Origin: Ranitomeya imitator | Lineage: Eukaryota | Length of the DNA stretch: 64,000 nucleotides | Assembly (NCBI RefSeq): GCF_032444005.1 | Contig: NC_091289.1 | Location: 199,764,001 to 199,828,000 of the forward strand | Direction: 5' to 3' | Part shown: piece after piece, positions 11,925 through 23,480 of the stretch | Layout of the letters: the number at the start of each line of letters is the position of its first letter | Position numbering within the stretch: position 1 is the stretch's first letter | Notes under the pieces: generated by a model | Database searches by the model: none | Seen by the model: only the letters and a program-made list of their open reading frames with translations | What the model was told of the DNA's origin: nothing | Position numbers and translations under genes: made by a program

Positions 11925-13107
11925 CTTCTGATGGTCCAGCCGATCCTTTGCTTTTTAGGTATAAATTGTGACTGCTTCTTGCTGAAATATAATGTTTGGT
12001 TACAATTTTCTGCACAATTCCCCGTCTCACTTTGTGCACATTCATTCTCTCTCCACCATTTTCAGACATGGCGCCTTTGCTTCTGATTTGTGGTGCAGAT
12101 TCCACGTTGTAATTTGCAGCAAATTACAGAATATAGGAACTCTGCAGATGTTGCCATCATTGCGCTGCGGATGCCGTGGATTTTCACAGACGTTCATGCC
12201 TAGAATCATCTAGCACAGCTTTGTGAGGACATGCCGCTTCGTGGGGTCTTATCTTTGGGGTGCACGCACACTCTAGATTAGGTGAAGAATTTCCTTCCAG
12301 ATTTTAGAGGGTCCAGTCCACAACTTAAGAAGACACAAATCTGACACATGAAGAAACCTACACGGCCGTGAGGCGGATCTTCGGGTGTCGCCTTGTCAAT
12401 TCCTTTTGTGGAATTCCCTGCACTGTGTGAAGTCAGGTCACCATGTAAGTGACATTCAGGAATCCCATCGGCTTCACTGATATATTCTGCAGATGCTACG
12501 TGTGTCGGGACATTTCCACACAGGGGCTTTTTGTAGAGTTTTTGGAGCGGAAACTCACAATTTTTTTTTTGAGGTTTTTAGTTTTGGAGTTTCCAGTTTC
12601 TGCTCCAAAACTCTTGAAAACCCCTCAGTGTGCAGATACCATTAGGACATATTCACACAATGTCTTTAAGACACTGGAGGTCCCAAGTTCTTTCAGGTGA
12701 ACAGAGGAAGACGTTGTCAGTCTTTTTCCTGAAGTCTCCACAGACGCCCCCGAAGAATGGACACGACATGGCCTGACTGAATGTGCATTATTTACAACCA
12801 CAAGCAAAAAAGGAGTAGCGCCAAGCCACAATATGGATAAAAAATACAAAAGATTGTTATTGTACAATTATATAAAAACAGATCATACAACATCCATATA
12901 AACATAATAATGAAGACAAAGAGGTAAATAAGGGGCGAGCGAATGGTCAAAAATGTAAATGGACTAGGGAGAAAGCGGAGAGACAAAATGCTGCAGCTAT
13001 AGCAGAATAATACTATATAAGTCAGCAATGAATGGACAGATGCCGTATAGAGCAGCCATGGCAGAGTCCCACCACCCATAATGAGTCCGGACCAAGACAG
13101 CACCCAG

Positions 13108-15626
13108 GTAACATAGTAACATAGTAACATAGTTAGTAAGGCCGAAAAAAGACATTTGTCCATCCAGTTCAGCCTATATTCCATCATAATAAATACCCAG
13201 ATCTACGTCCTTCTACAGAACCTAATAATTGTATGATACAATATTGTTCTGCTCCAGGAAGACATCCAGGCCTCTCTTGAACCCCTCGACTGAGTTCGCC
13301 ATCACCACCTCCTCAGGCAAGCAATTCCAGATTCTCACTGCCCTAACAGTAAAGAATCCTCTTCTATGTTGGTGGAAAAACCTTCTCTCCTCCAGACGCA
13401 AAGAATGCCCCCTTGTGCCCGTCACCTTCCTTGGTATAAACAGATCCTCAGCGAGATATTTGTATTGTCCCCTTATATACTTATACATGGTTATTAGATC
13501 GCCCCTCAGTCGTCTTTTTTCTAGACTAAATAATCCTAATTTCGCTAATCTATCTGGGTATTGTAGTTCTCCCATCCCCTTTATTAATTTTGTTGCCCTC
13601 CTTTGTACTCTCTCTAGTTCCATTATATCCTTCCTGAGCACCGGTGCCCAAAACTGGACACAGTACTCCATGTGCGGTCTAACTAGGGATTTGTACAGAG
13701 GCAGTATAATGCTCTCATCATGTGTATCCAGACCTCTTTTAATGCACCCCATGATCCTGTTTGCCTTGGCAGCTGCTGCCTGGCACTGGCTGCTCCAGGT
13801 AAGTTTATCATTAACTAGGATCCCCAAGTCCTTCTCCCTGTCAGATTTACCCAGTGGTTTCCCGTTCAGTGTGTAATGGTGATATTGATTCCCTCTTCCC
13901 ATGTGTATAACCTTACATTTATCATTGTTAAACCTCATCTGCCACCTTTCAGCCCAAGTTTCCAACTTATCCAGATCCATCTGTAGCAGAATACTATCTT
14001 CTCTTGTATTAACTGCTTTACATAGTTTTGTATCATCTGCAAATATCGATATTTTACTGTGTAAACCTTCTACCAGATCATTAATGAATATGTTGAAGAG
14101 AACAGGTCCCAATACTGACCCCTGCGGTACCCCACTGGTCACAGCGACCCAGTTAGAGACTATACCATTTATAACCACCCTCTGCTTTCTATCACTAAGC
14201 CAGTTACTAACCCATTTACACACATTTTCCCCCAGACCAAGCATTCTCATTTTGTGTACCAACCTCTTGTGCGGCACGGTATCAAACGCTTTGGAAAAAT
14301 CGAGATATACCACGTCCAATGACTCACCGTGGTCCAGCCTATAGCTTACCTCTTCATAAAAACTGATTAGATTGGTTTGACAGGAGCGATTTCTCATAAA
14401 CCCATGCTGATATGGAGTTAAACAGTTATTCTCATTGAGATAATCCAGAATAACATCCCTCAGAAACCCTTCAAATATTTTACCAACAATAGAGGTTAGA
14501 CTTACTGGCCTATAATTTCCAGGTTCACTTTTAGAGCCCTTTTTGAATATTGGCACCACATTTGCTATGCGCCAATCCTGCGGAACAGACCCTGTCGCTA
14601 TAGAGTCCCTAAAAATAAGAAATAATGGTTTATCTATTACATTACTTAGTTCTCTTAGTACTCGTGGGTGTATGCCATCCGGACCCGGAGATTTATCTAT
14701 TTTAATCTTATTTAGCCGGTTTCGCACCTCTTCTTGGGTTAGATTGGTGACCCTTAATATAGGGTTTTCATTGTTTCTTGGGATTTCACCTAGCATTTCA
14801 TTTTCCACTGTGAATACCGTGGAGAAGAAGGTGTTTAATATGTTAGCTTTTTCCTCGTCATCTACAACCATTCTTTCCTCACTATTTTTTAAGGGGCCTA
14901 CATTTTCAGTTTTTATTCTTTTACTATTGATATAGTTGAAGAACAGTTTGGGATTAGTTTTACTCTCCTTAGCAATGTGCTTCTCTGTTTCCTTTTTGGC
15001 AGCTTTAATTAGTTTTTTAGATAAAGTATTTTTCTCCCTATAGTTTTTTAGAGCTTCAATGGTGCCATCCTGCTTTAGTAGTGCAAATTCTTTCTTTTTA
15101 CTGTTAATTGCGTCTTACTTCTTTGTTTAGCCACATTGGGTTTTTCCTATTTCTAGTCCTTTTATTCCCACAAGGTATAAACCGCTTACACTGCCTATTT
15201 AGGATGTTCTTAAACATTTCCCATTTATTATCTGTATTCTCATTTCTGAGGATATTGTCCCAGTCTACCAGATTAAGGGCATCTCTAAGCTGTTCAAACT
15301 TTGCCTTCCTAAAGTTCAGTGTTTTTGTGACTCCCTGACAAGTCCCCCTAGTGAAAGACAGGTGAAACTGCACAATATTGTGGTCGCTATTTCCTAAATG
15401 CCCAACCACCTGCAGATTTGTTATTCTGTCAGGTCTATTAGATAGTATTAGGTCTAAAAGTGCTACTCCTCTGGTTGGATTCTGCACCAATTGTGAAAGA
15501 TAATTTTTCTTGGTTATTAGCAGAAACCTGTTGCCTTTATGGGTTTCACAGGTTTCTGTTTCCCAGTTAATATCCGGGTAGTTAAAGTCCCCCATAACCA
15601 GGACCTCATTATGGGTTGCAGCTTCA
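13108..15626 (-). mobile_element. CR1 LINE, 5'-truncated within the endonuclease domain, young
   Basis: 549-aa RT ORF (QGSVLGP, FADD), upstream APE fragment (MGDFNYPDINW, LDLIL, SDH) and a CR1 3' tail (CTATGTTA)n at 13108-13135. There is one frameshift near 15104-15112. Confidence 0.97.
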
Positions 15627-16002
15627 TGGTGGCCCCTTCGATAAAGCGAAACGCACGCCATTACTCGCCGCACACATCAGATTTCTTTCAGACTTTCAGC
15701 ATTGATGTGACAGAAGAATCGTGTTCCCCGATTATCATTACCAAATAATGGACGCTGTAAAAAACAAAACCAAGAAACAACGACGCCGACGCATCGGGCC
15801 ACCAGTTACCGCACGAGGGATTATATTATTTCCCTGCATGTGGTAAAGTGAACGGTGTCAAATCTACAAGACGCCTCCTGCAGAAAACAGCCTCAAAGAC
15901 TGAAAAGGTGGGAAGGGCTGAATGTTAGGGGTTAAAAAAAGAAACATTAAAACAACTTATAACCAAATAAAAGCCACAAAAAAAGAAGAAACCCATGAGC
16001 CA

Positions 16003-16470
16003 GAGGAGGAGAGGAAAGGGGAGAGGAGGAGAAAGAAGGGGAGAGGAAAGGAGGAGAGGTCAAGGCAGGAGAGGAGGGCAGAGGAGGAGAGGGAAGGGGA
16101 GAGGAAAGGAGGAGAGGTCAAGGCAGAAAAGGAGGAGAAAGAAGGGGAGAGGAAAGGAGGAGAGGTCAAGGCAGAAAAGGAGGAGAGGGAAGGGGAGGAG
16201 GGGAGAGGAGGAGAGGGAAGGGGAGAGGGAAGGAGGAAAGGGAAGAGGGAAGGGAAGAGGTCAGGGCAGAAAAGGAGAGGGAAGGAGGAAAGGGAAGAGG
16301 AGAGGTCAGGGCAGAAAAGGAGAGGGAAGGAGGAAAGGGAAGAGGAGAGGTCAGGGCAGAAAAGGGGAGAGGAGGGCAGAGGAGGAGAGGGAAGAGGAGA
16401 GGAGGAGAAAGAAGGGGAGAGGAAAGGAGGAGAGGTCAGGGCAGAGGAGGAGGAGAGGTCAGGGGAGTGC
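16003..16470 (+). repeat. Polypurine (GA-rich) imperfect tandem repeat directly upstream of the RPF1 promoter
   Basis: The + strand is almost exclusively A/G, with recurring GAGAGGTCAGGGCAGAAAAGGAG units. Confidence 0.9.
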
Positions 16471-16530
16471 AGGGGCTGAGGCACAGGGAAACAGCCGAGG
16501 TCAGGAGCAAGAAAGCAACAGTTCTCACTA

Positions 16531-16622
16531 GGCCCCGTCTCCATGACAACATTAGCCGGAAGCGGAAGTGTGACGGTTCCCCCGGAAGAGCCTCACAGCC
16601 GGAAGTGCGTCTGTTTTTCCAC
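16531..16622 (+). promoter_or_regulatory. RPF1 proximal promoter/5'UTR with clustered ETS/GABP-type CCGGAAG motifs and an X-box-like element
   Basis: gccggaagcggaagtg (~16555-16570), cccggaag (~16582) and gccggaagtg (~16598) sit in CpG-rich sequence just before the ATG. gtctccatgacaac (~16537-16550) resembles an RFX X-box. Confidence 0.6.
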
Positions 16623-16826
16623 ATGGCTGCGGGAAGGAGCTCGGGGGCTGCGGAGAGTAAAAAACGAAAGAAAAGTAAATCCCCGGAGGAGGGGAGCGAT
16701 GTGGCCGGCGGCAGTGGCGGGGGGGAGCCGCCCGTGTTCTTCCCTCCTTCCTTCTCGGTGTCTGAGATCAAGAACAAGCAGCGCAGACATTTCATGTTCA
16801 TGAAGCTGAAGATGGAGAAGCGGAAG
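16623..16826 (+). CDS. RPF1: Ribosome production factor 1, exon 1 (MAAGRSSG...FPPSFSVSEIKNKQRRHFMFMKLKMEKRK)
   Basis: ATG in acATGG context, donor aagGTgaga. FSxSEIKNKQRRH is characteristic of RPF1. Confidence 0.93.
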
Positions 16827-17007
16827 GTGAGAGGAGCCGCGGGCAGAATGGCGCAGCGACCAATCAGATCACGGCTCCAGTTCTCAGCCCCGAGAGCTGC
16901 GCTCTGATTGGTCTCTGTAAGCGGTTGTCATGGCAGCGGTCTGTCAGGTTCTCCGCGGGTATCGGGTCTGGGTTTTGTGGAGATGTCGCGATTATGCGTC
17001 AGTGATG

Positions 17008-17586
17008 GGCCGGGTTCACATTAGCGTTTCTGTGCACGGTGCGTTTGTTCCGCGTGCGTCATGTGTACATAGGGCTCAGACTCAGTTGCGTGAAATACGT
17101 CCGACTCTCGCATGGTAACACCTGGCGCCGGCACTGGGGAGCAGAGGGTTCAGCTCCAGGTATTGCTGTGAGGCCGCACGCACCGGAGTGCCGGCGACAG
17201 AGCCGGGTGTTAACCTGCGAGACTCGGCCGTATTTCAGCCCTAACATGGAGGACGCAGGGACAGGAGCTCACAAGCGTCGCTTCACGGTGGCCGAGGTTT
17301 CCGGCAAACGCAACATGTTGCTTTTTTTTTTTTAAGCGTCAAATATTGCGCAATCATGCGGATGACAGCGTCAAAAAACGCATTATTGTCTATGGAAATG
17401 CATTGGTATGCAAGGATATGAGTGGTTAGACTGCGCATGTCCAGGAAATGAAGTCACCACCTCCACCATGTGCATAAAAATGCAAACGCATGCCTAAACG
17501 CATTTAAACGCATGCACATGCAGCGTTCTTTTTGGCGTCATGTAAGATGATACGCTGCGCACAGAAACGCTAATGTGAACCTAGCC
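17008..17586. mobile_element. Harbinger-like MITE in RPF1 intron 1
   Basis: TIRs GGCCGGGTTCACATTAGCGTTTCTGTGC and GCACAGAAACGCTAATGTGAACCTAGCC. No clean TSD was seen. Confidence 0.6.
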
Positions 17587-17649
17587 TACGGCGAATACAA
17601 TGTGACGTCCCCCTCGAAGTGTCTGTATCAGGAGACTGCGTCCCTCACA

Positions 17650-18440
17650 GATTCTGCAGATCCGGGGGAAGGGAGTGGATTCTGCAGATCGGAGGGAAGG
17701 GAGTGGATTCTGCAGATCCAGGGGAAGGGAGTGGATTCTGCAGATCCAGGGGAAGGGAGTGGATTCTGCAGATCGGGGGGAAGGGAGTGGATTCTGCAGA
17801 TCGGGGGGAAGGGAGTGGATTCTGCAGATCGGGGGGAAGGGAGTGGATTCTGCAGATCCAGGGGAAGGGAGTGGATTCTGCAGATCGGGGGGAAGGGAGT
17901 GGATTCTGCAGATCCAGGGGAAGGGAGTGGATTCTGCAGATCCAGGGGAAGGGAGTGGATTCTGCAGATCCGGGGGAAGGGAGTGGATTCTGCAGATCCA
18001 GGGGAAGGGAGTGGATTCTGCAGATCGGGGGTAAGGAGTGGATTCTGCAGATCCAGGGGAAGGGAGTGGATTCTGCAGATCCAGGGGAAGGGAGTGGATT
18101 CTGCAGATCCAGGGGAAGGGAGTGGATTCTGCAGATCCGGGGGTAGGGAGTGGATTGTGCAGATTTGGGGAAAGGGAGTGGATCCTGCAGATCTGGGGGG
18201 GAGGGAGTGGATTCTGCAGATTCGGGGGGAGGGAGTGGATCCTGCAGATCAGGGGTAGGGAGGGAGTGGATTCTGCAGATCGGGGGTAGGGAGTGGATTG
18301 TGCAGATTTGGGGAAAGGGAGTGGATTCTGCAGATCAGGGGTAGGGAGTGGATTCTGCAGATTCGGGGATAAGTAGTGGATCCTGCAGATCGGGGGTAAG
18401 GAGTGGATCCTGCAGATCGGGGGTAAGGAGTGGATCCTGC
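17650..18440. repeat. 28-bp G-rich minisatellite (GTGGATTCTGCAGATCCAGGGGAAGGGA), ~28 copies, RPF1 intron 1
   Basis: Direct reading. The ORF-track peptides repeat every 28 aa (3 units). Confidence 0.95.
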
Positions 18441-18900
18441 TCATCGCTCACATTGTCTCTTTCCTTTGCTCAGGAGGCAGCAGTGATTGCCCAGCGTGTT
18501 GTGGAGGCTCAGTAGAAAGTCTCTGACTCCGGACCCCCGACCTCCACTGATCTGCAATGTTTCAGCGTCAGTCCTATATACCCCAGTGGCAGTGTAGACT
18601 GTAGAGCACTGTAACCGCACCAGGCCCTGCTCACAGGTCTGCTTGTCTTATTCTTACACTCTACAAAAACGGACCCCACAATAATCAGTTGGTCCCGTCT
18701 GCTCCTGTTTGGAACCAATCAGTTTTCCAGAGGAAGAATGAGCGACCGGGGAGCAGAGTCTGAGTCTTGGCCCTTTAGCCAGAATCCATGGCTGTTTTTA
18801 CTTGTGGAAAGTTTTGGAACGTTGTAGTTTCCTTGTGTTTGGTAACGTGATGTCACCACTTCTGCAGTTACGCGGTGATGCATCTGTCATTTTCTTGCAG

Positions 18901-18957
18901 GCGAAGCTCGCTCTAAAGAAGAAACTGAAGAAGGAGAGAGAGGCGCTTGGAGACAAG
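18901..18957 (+). CDS. RPF1: RPF1 exon 2 (AKLALKKKLKKEREALGDK)
   Basis: ttcttgcAG / GTacat, 57 nt, phase 0. The peptide is near-identical to mammalian RPF1. Confidence 0.95.
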
Positions 18958-19071
18958 GTACATTGTGCCCTCCCGGATCATATGGGGAGGGGGCTTACAG
19001 CCTTTTCAATTGCTTTTTCATAATGACATTACTGGCATCGACTGTTCTGTATTCATTTCATCTATAAATAG

Positions 19072-19152
19072 GCTCCACCAAAACCTGTTCCCAAAACCAT
19101 AGAAAATCAGCGGGTGTACGACGAGACCACGGTGGATCCAGCAGACGAGGAG
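19072..19152 (+). CDS. RPF1: RPF1 exon 3 ([27 protein letters not shown])
   Basis: aaatAG / GTaaaa, 81 nt. Confidence 0.95.
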
Positions 19153-19811
19153 GTAAAAGCTCACGCACTTGATTCCTCTGAGCGCAGTAGAATATATTGT
19201 TCCTTTCCTGTCATTTCTTAGATTGTCCTCATCACTATTATGTCAGCTGTGAGTTAATCTGTTCTCTCATGCCCGCTCAGACCTTTCTAACACAGGAGCA
19301 TTTTAGCGTCTATGTTGTGGTTTGTGAGCACAATGATTGTTATCAGAGGTGGCCATGACTGTTGGGGCCATTACACTCTGTCAGGCCTATAGGACACGAG
19401 GCCATAATAATGATAGTTATATGCATCCAAAGTACAGCTGTCTGAATGAGGCCGTACCCCTGAGAATACAGGCGACATCCTGGGGGCTCCGACCTGATAC
19501 CGCTCCTGGTTTAGTAGAACGGATCAGTTACAGGTTCTGTAATGTGAGGTATATGAGGCCTGGCATCACTGCACTCTTGAGCTTTCATAAACGCCCGTAT
19601 TTAACCTTGCTCCTATAACCCATTTTCCTTGTATATTTGTATTGTGTTTTTGCAGTAGGAATCACCGATTGATAATCCATCAATACTGCCATAAATCTAG
19701 AGTTCTAGCCGGAGCTGAGCCCTGTAGTGATCTTTCTATCGATCCTTATGACTCTTCTTCAGGATTTCGCACTTTGATGGTTAATGCTTTTCCTCGCTCT
19801 TCTTATTCTAG

Positions 19812-19907
19812 GTGGCATATGATGAAGCTACAGATGACTTTGCGCCTTATTTTAACAGAAAGACAACACCCAAAATCCTCATCACAACATCTGACCGCCC
19901 CCGCGGT
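19812..19907 (+). CDS. RPF1: RPF1 exon 4 ([32 protein letters not shown])
   Basis: ttattctAG / GTaagt, 96 nt. This is the start of the Brix domain (PKILITTS). Confidence 0.95.
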
Positions 19908-20437
19908 GTAAGTAACTGCTGATTTTTCAATCCAGTCTTCTTTTTAGTGCCATATTAGCTCTTTTATATTCATTATGTTATGTATTGTACATTTTTTGTT
20001 TGTAATGTCACAAGAATCAGTCTTGGGTGTAAAGGGGCATTATTCCAATATAAGGCTGGTATAGTATGTCTCCAGGATGTACCACAAATGTCTGAGATTT
20101 TACTTCCACACATAGGAGCTGCACCCATGTCCTGACTGGGGTCCACCTACTCCAGTTCTGCAACCAGATGGAAAACGACGACAGAGGTGGCCGTGCTGGT
20201 GCGTGGTACGCCATTAGAGAGATCTGCGCACGTGTGCGTCCACCTCGCCATTTATTTTCCACATGGAGGCACTCGCTCGCTGCATCTGTCATGTAGAGGC
20301 AGGACCTGCACCTGTCAGACATTTCTGGCAGCATCCAGCAGCCTATAGAGTCATGCTGGGACTTGCAGTATCCCAGTGGCTATGTGTTTGTGATTCTGAG
20401 AATAGGTTCTTAGTTTTTTACTTTTCTTCTCTTCCAG

Positions 20438-20591
20438 CGCACAGTACGGTTTACAGAGCAGCTATCGTCCATTATACCCAACTCACAAGTTTATTACAGG
20501 AGGGGTCTTGCCCTGAAGAAGATAATCCCGCAGTGTATCGCCAGAGATTACACAGATCTCATTGTAATCAATGAAGATCGGAAGATTGCAA
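20438..20591 (+). CDS. RPF1: RPF1 exon 5 ([16 protein letters not shown]...[12 protein letters not shown])
   Basis: cttctcttccAG acceptor, 154 nt. It ends at a U12-type donor, GTATCCTTT. Confidence 0.95.
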
Positions 20592-20779
20592 GTATCCTTT
20601 CAAAAAACCATTTTTCCCTTTCTTGTGCTTTGTGATAAACTAAATATTTCCCTGTGCCGATGATCCATCTGACCGTTTTACATGCAACGTTAATTTTCCA
20701 CAATGTTGTAAAATAGAAAAACTGAACACGAGTTTTCAGAGAGTTTGTTTCCTAGTTGTATCCTTAACCGGACCGTCAG
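20592..20779 (+). other. RPF1: U12-type (minor spliceosome) GT-AG intron, RPF1 intron 5
   Basis: 5'SS is GTATCCTTT (20592-20600). Branch site TCCTTAAC lies at 20761-20768, about 10 nt before the cAG, and there is no polypyrimidine tract. Confidence 0.9.
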
Positions 20780-20862
20780 ATGGGCTGATCCTCAGTCATT
20801 TGCCCAATGGACCGACGGCGCATTTCAAGATGAGTAACGTCCGACTGCGCAAAGAAATCAAG
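20780..20862 (+). CDS. RPF1: RPF1 exon 6 ([28 protein letters not shown])
   Basis: 83 nt, donor aagGTacga. Contains the HLPxGPTAHF Brix motif. Confidence 0.95.
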
Positions 20863-22010
20863 GTACGATTATCCACCTGCACTTGTGTGATAACGAACCG
20901 TTGGCTTCATTTATTCACATTTTATCGACTCACTTTAGTCGTTGTCCAAATGTTTGTTGGAATCAAGATTTTTGTTTTTAGACTGTGTAAGCTTATACTA
21001 GGCAGTACAGAAGCGTATCTCGTCTACGTTTACACCATGCTTTAGTTGGCTTTCCCTCTACCACAGTACTAGGTTTTATCTTAAGCTTTTATTGTGAAGC
21101 CAAAACCATCCTAACAAGTCACAGTAACGTCTCAAGCAATGTACAAAAAGAGTAAAATTCCAGCCCGGGTCCTACTGAGGCCGCTTCTCGAATTGATGGG
21201 GGTTCCTGCAGACAGACCACCAGGGATCAGCAAGTTATCATCTAGCCTGTGGATAGGGGAGAATTAACTACGGCCCCTGTGTTGTATATGATGTGGGATT
21301 GTACAGTGTTGGGCACTTTTTGGGGGGTTCCTGCACCATAAAGTTTTATGGGTTCATGTAATTGCATGTCTTAACTTTGTTGGGCTTTTTAGAAGACTGT
21401 GGTGACAGGTGGAGAACTTCCCAGCATCCTTTGAATTTTGTTCTAGTCCATCTACTACATCAGATTTTATTACAAAAAGAAATATAAAAAATTGAAAAGG
21501 TATATAAAAAAAATAAATGGAGAGCCGCGTTGTGCTGATCAGAAGTCCCGGATGGATTCTCTGTGGTCTCATTGATAGAAGTCTGTTGTCTCGTGGAGGA
21601 TAATGACGGCGTCGCTCTGCTCCGGTTGTTTAGTGCGGCAGTAGTGGGACCTCTGCTGGCCACAGTCTGTAATCACCTCGCTATCCCCCGTGTCTGGAGC
21701 TGCCGGCTGGGGCGGGACATTTTCATACGAGGATTACTATTGTGGTGTCTGTTCGCCAGTAGAATTGACCACTAAAAGCCGAGGTCAGAGGGTTCTCTGA
21801 TTTCTGTATTGCACCCTGTAGGTCCCTTCCACCGTGGGTGCAGTTTCTTAGACAACTTGGATTTATAGAAGTTGCTAATTTTTATATGAAAAATGTTGGA
21901 CTTTAAAAAGACAACTTGACCTGTGGCGTCCACCCTGCCCGGATCAGCTCATGTATATAGACCCGAGCTTGTCTTTCCTGTCTGACATCTCTTTTTTGCG
22001 CTATTTACAG

Positions 22011-22192
22011 AGAAAAGGAAAGGAGCCCACGGAGCACAAGCCTGAGGTCATCCTCAACAACTTCACCACTCGCCTCGGGCACTCAATTGGCCGCATGTTT
22101 GCCTCTCTTTATCCGCATGATCCGCAGTTCACTGGACGACAGGTGGCCACTTTCCACAACCAGCGGGATTACATCTTTTTTCGATATCACAG
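22011..22192 (+). CDS. RPF1: RPF1 exon 7 ([23 protein letters not shown]...[14 protein letters not shown])
   Basis: tatttacAG / GTacgt, 182 nt. Confidence 0.96.
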
Positions 22193-22301
22193 GTACGTTG
22201 TCTTTGCAGCATTCCCCTGTGGCGCAGGGTGAAGTCCCCGGGTATGTGTCTATAGTAATGTAATAATGCCCAGGTCTGTGATGATGTTGTTTCTTCTACA
22301 G

Positions 22302-22428
22302 ATACATTTTTAGGAGTGAAAAGAAAGTGGGGATTCAGGAACTTGGTCCTCGATTTACACTGAAGCTGAGGTCTCTGCAGAAGGGAACGTTCGATTCAAA
22401 GTACGGAGAATACGAGTGGGTCCATAAG
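22302..22428 (+). CDS. RPF1: RPF1 exon 8 ([22 protein letters not shown]...EYEWVHK)
   Basis: ttcttctacAG / GTgagt, 127 nt. Contains the Brix sigma70-like [10 protein letters not shown] motif. Confidence 0.96.
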
Positions 22429-23194
22429 GTGAGTGTGATGACCGGTGATGTCTCCTGCTGGGATGTTAGGGCTCACATGTATACTCTTTCCTTTGAGTGC
22501 GGAAGAGACGCGAGTCTATGCTTTTATAGTCAATCCCTAAATGTCTGCGGTTTGTAAACTCTTATGCATCTCATCGGGTGTGTGTCAGCATAATAATAAT
22601 AATAATAATCTTTATTTTTATAATATAAGGTCAGAAGAGTCTGGCCTTATATTATAGGAGATGGTAAACTTCTATGGAAGTGATTTATTGATTCTCTCAG
22701 AATAAAGGGCTTGTCCACCTCAACATGTCCATTTAAAAGACTCAGAACGGGGTAGAATATTAGAAGCAATTCTCTGGTGCCCGCTGATCTTAGGACTCGG
22801 GACATGTGTCCAACTGCGGCACCCGCTTGCGGATCAACACTGCTGCCGGTTATTGGCTGCAGTGGTCGCGTGTCCTGACGTAAAGACGTTATCACTGAAG
22901 TACAAAGTGATCACATGCTGGGGATTGGGGAGTATTGCTTCTATTTTATCCCATTCCAAAACTTTAAGAAAAAAAAAAAGGTGAAGTTGACAAACCCTGT
23001 ACCCTTGTGCTATCTTCATTGTACACTTCCCACAGTGGAAACTCCTTGTGAATATTCCTGCGGTTTTCATGACAATCGTGAGTTAGCCGCACACATCGCC
23101 CTCTGCGCGGCTTAGATTCAATTTTAGATTTAAAATTATAAAAAAAAACACAAACCCTTGTGACCTGTTCAAAGACTTCCATGACTGGGTACAG

Positions 23195-23252
23195 TAATAA
23201 TAATCTTTATTTTTATATAGCGCTAACATATTCCGCAGCGCTTTACAGTTTA
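23195..23252 (-). mobile_element. L2-type 3'-tail fragment in RPF1 intron 8
   Basis: Minus strand reads ...GCGCTGCGGAATATGTTAGCGCTATATAAAAATAAAGATTATTATTA, a typical amphibian L2 3' stem-loop plus tail. Confidence 0.6.
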
Positions 23253-23438
23253 GTAATCCCCATGTAGAGAAGAAGGGGCGCATCACTCAACCATCAGCGG
23301 GGGCAGATTTATGGGGAAACGCATCAAGGCCTCAAGTCTTTGATTATATCGTCAAAGTTTCTGTATTTGATCCGCACCAATCAATGCAGTCACATTGATC
23401 GCCTCCTTCCTCTAATCTTCTATTGTGTTCTCTTACAG

Positions 23439-23480
23439 CGCCATGAAATGGACTCAAATAGAAGAAAATTCCACTTATAA
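23439..23480 (+). CDS. RPF1: RPF1 exon 9, last coding (RHEMDSNRRKFHL*)
   Basis: tctcttacAG acceptor, stop TAA. It matches the RRKFHL C-terminus. The summed CDS is 1026 nt = 341 aa + stop. Confidence 0.93.
   Translation, partial: RHEMDSNRRKFHL

Noticed and set aside
15633-15662. CCCCTTCGATAAAGCGAAACGCACG as a second hammerhead
   Set aside because: It lacks helix II, the GUC triplet and the closing stem.
15922-16544. Glu/Arg/Gly-rich and Ser/Pro-rich ORFs upstream of RPF1
   Set aside because: They are translations of the polypurine tract. The RPF1-like sequence starts at ATG 16623.
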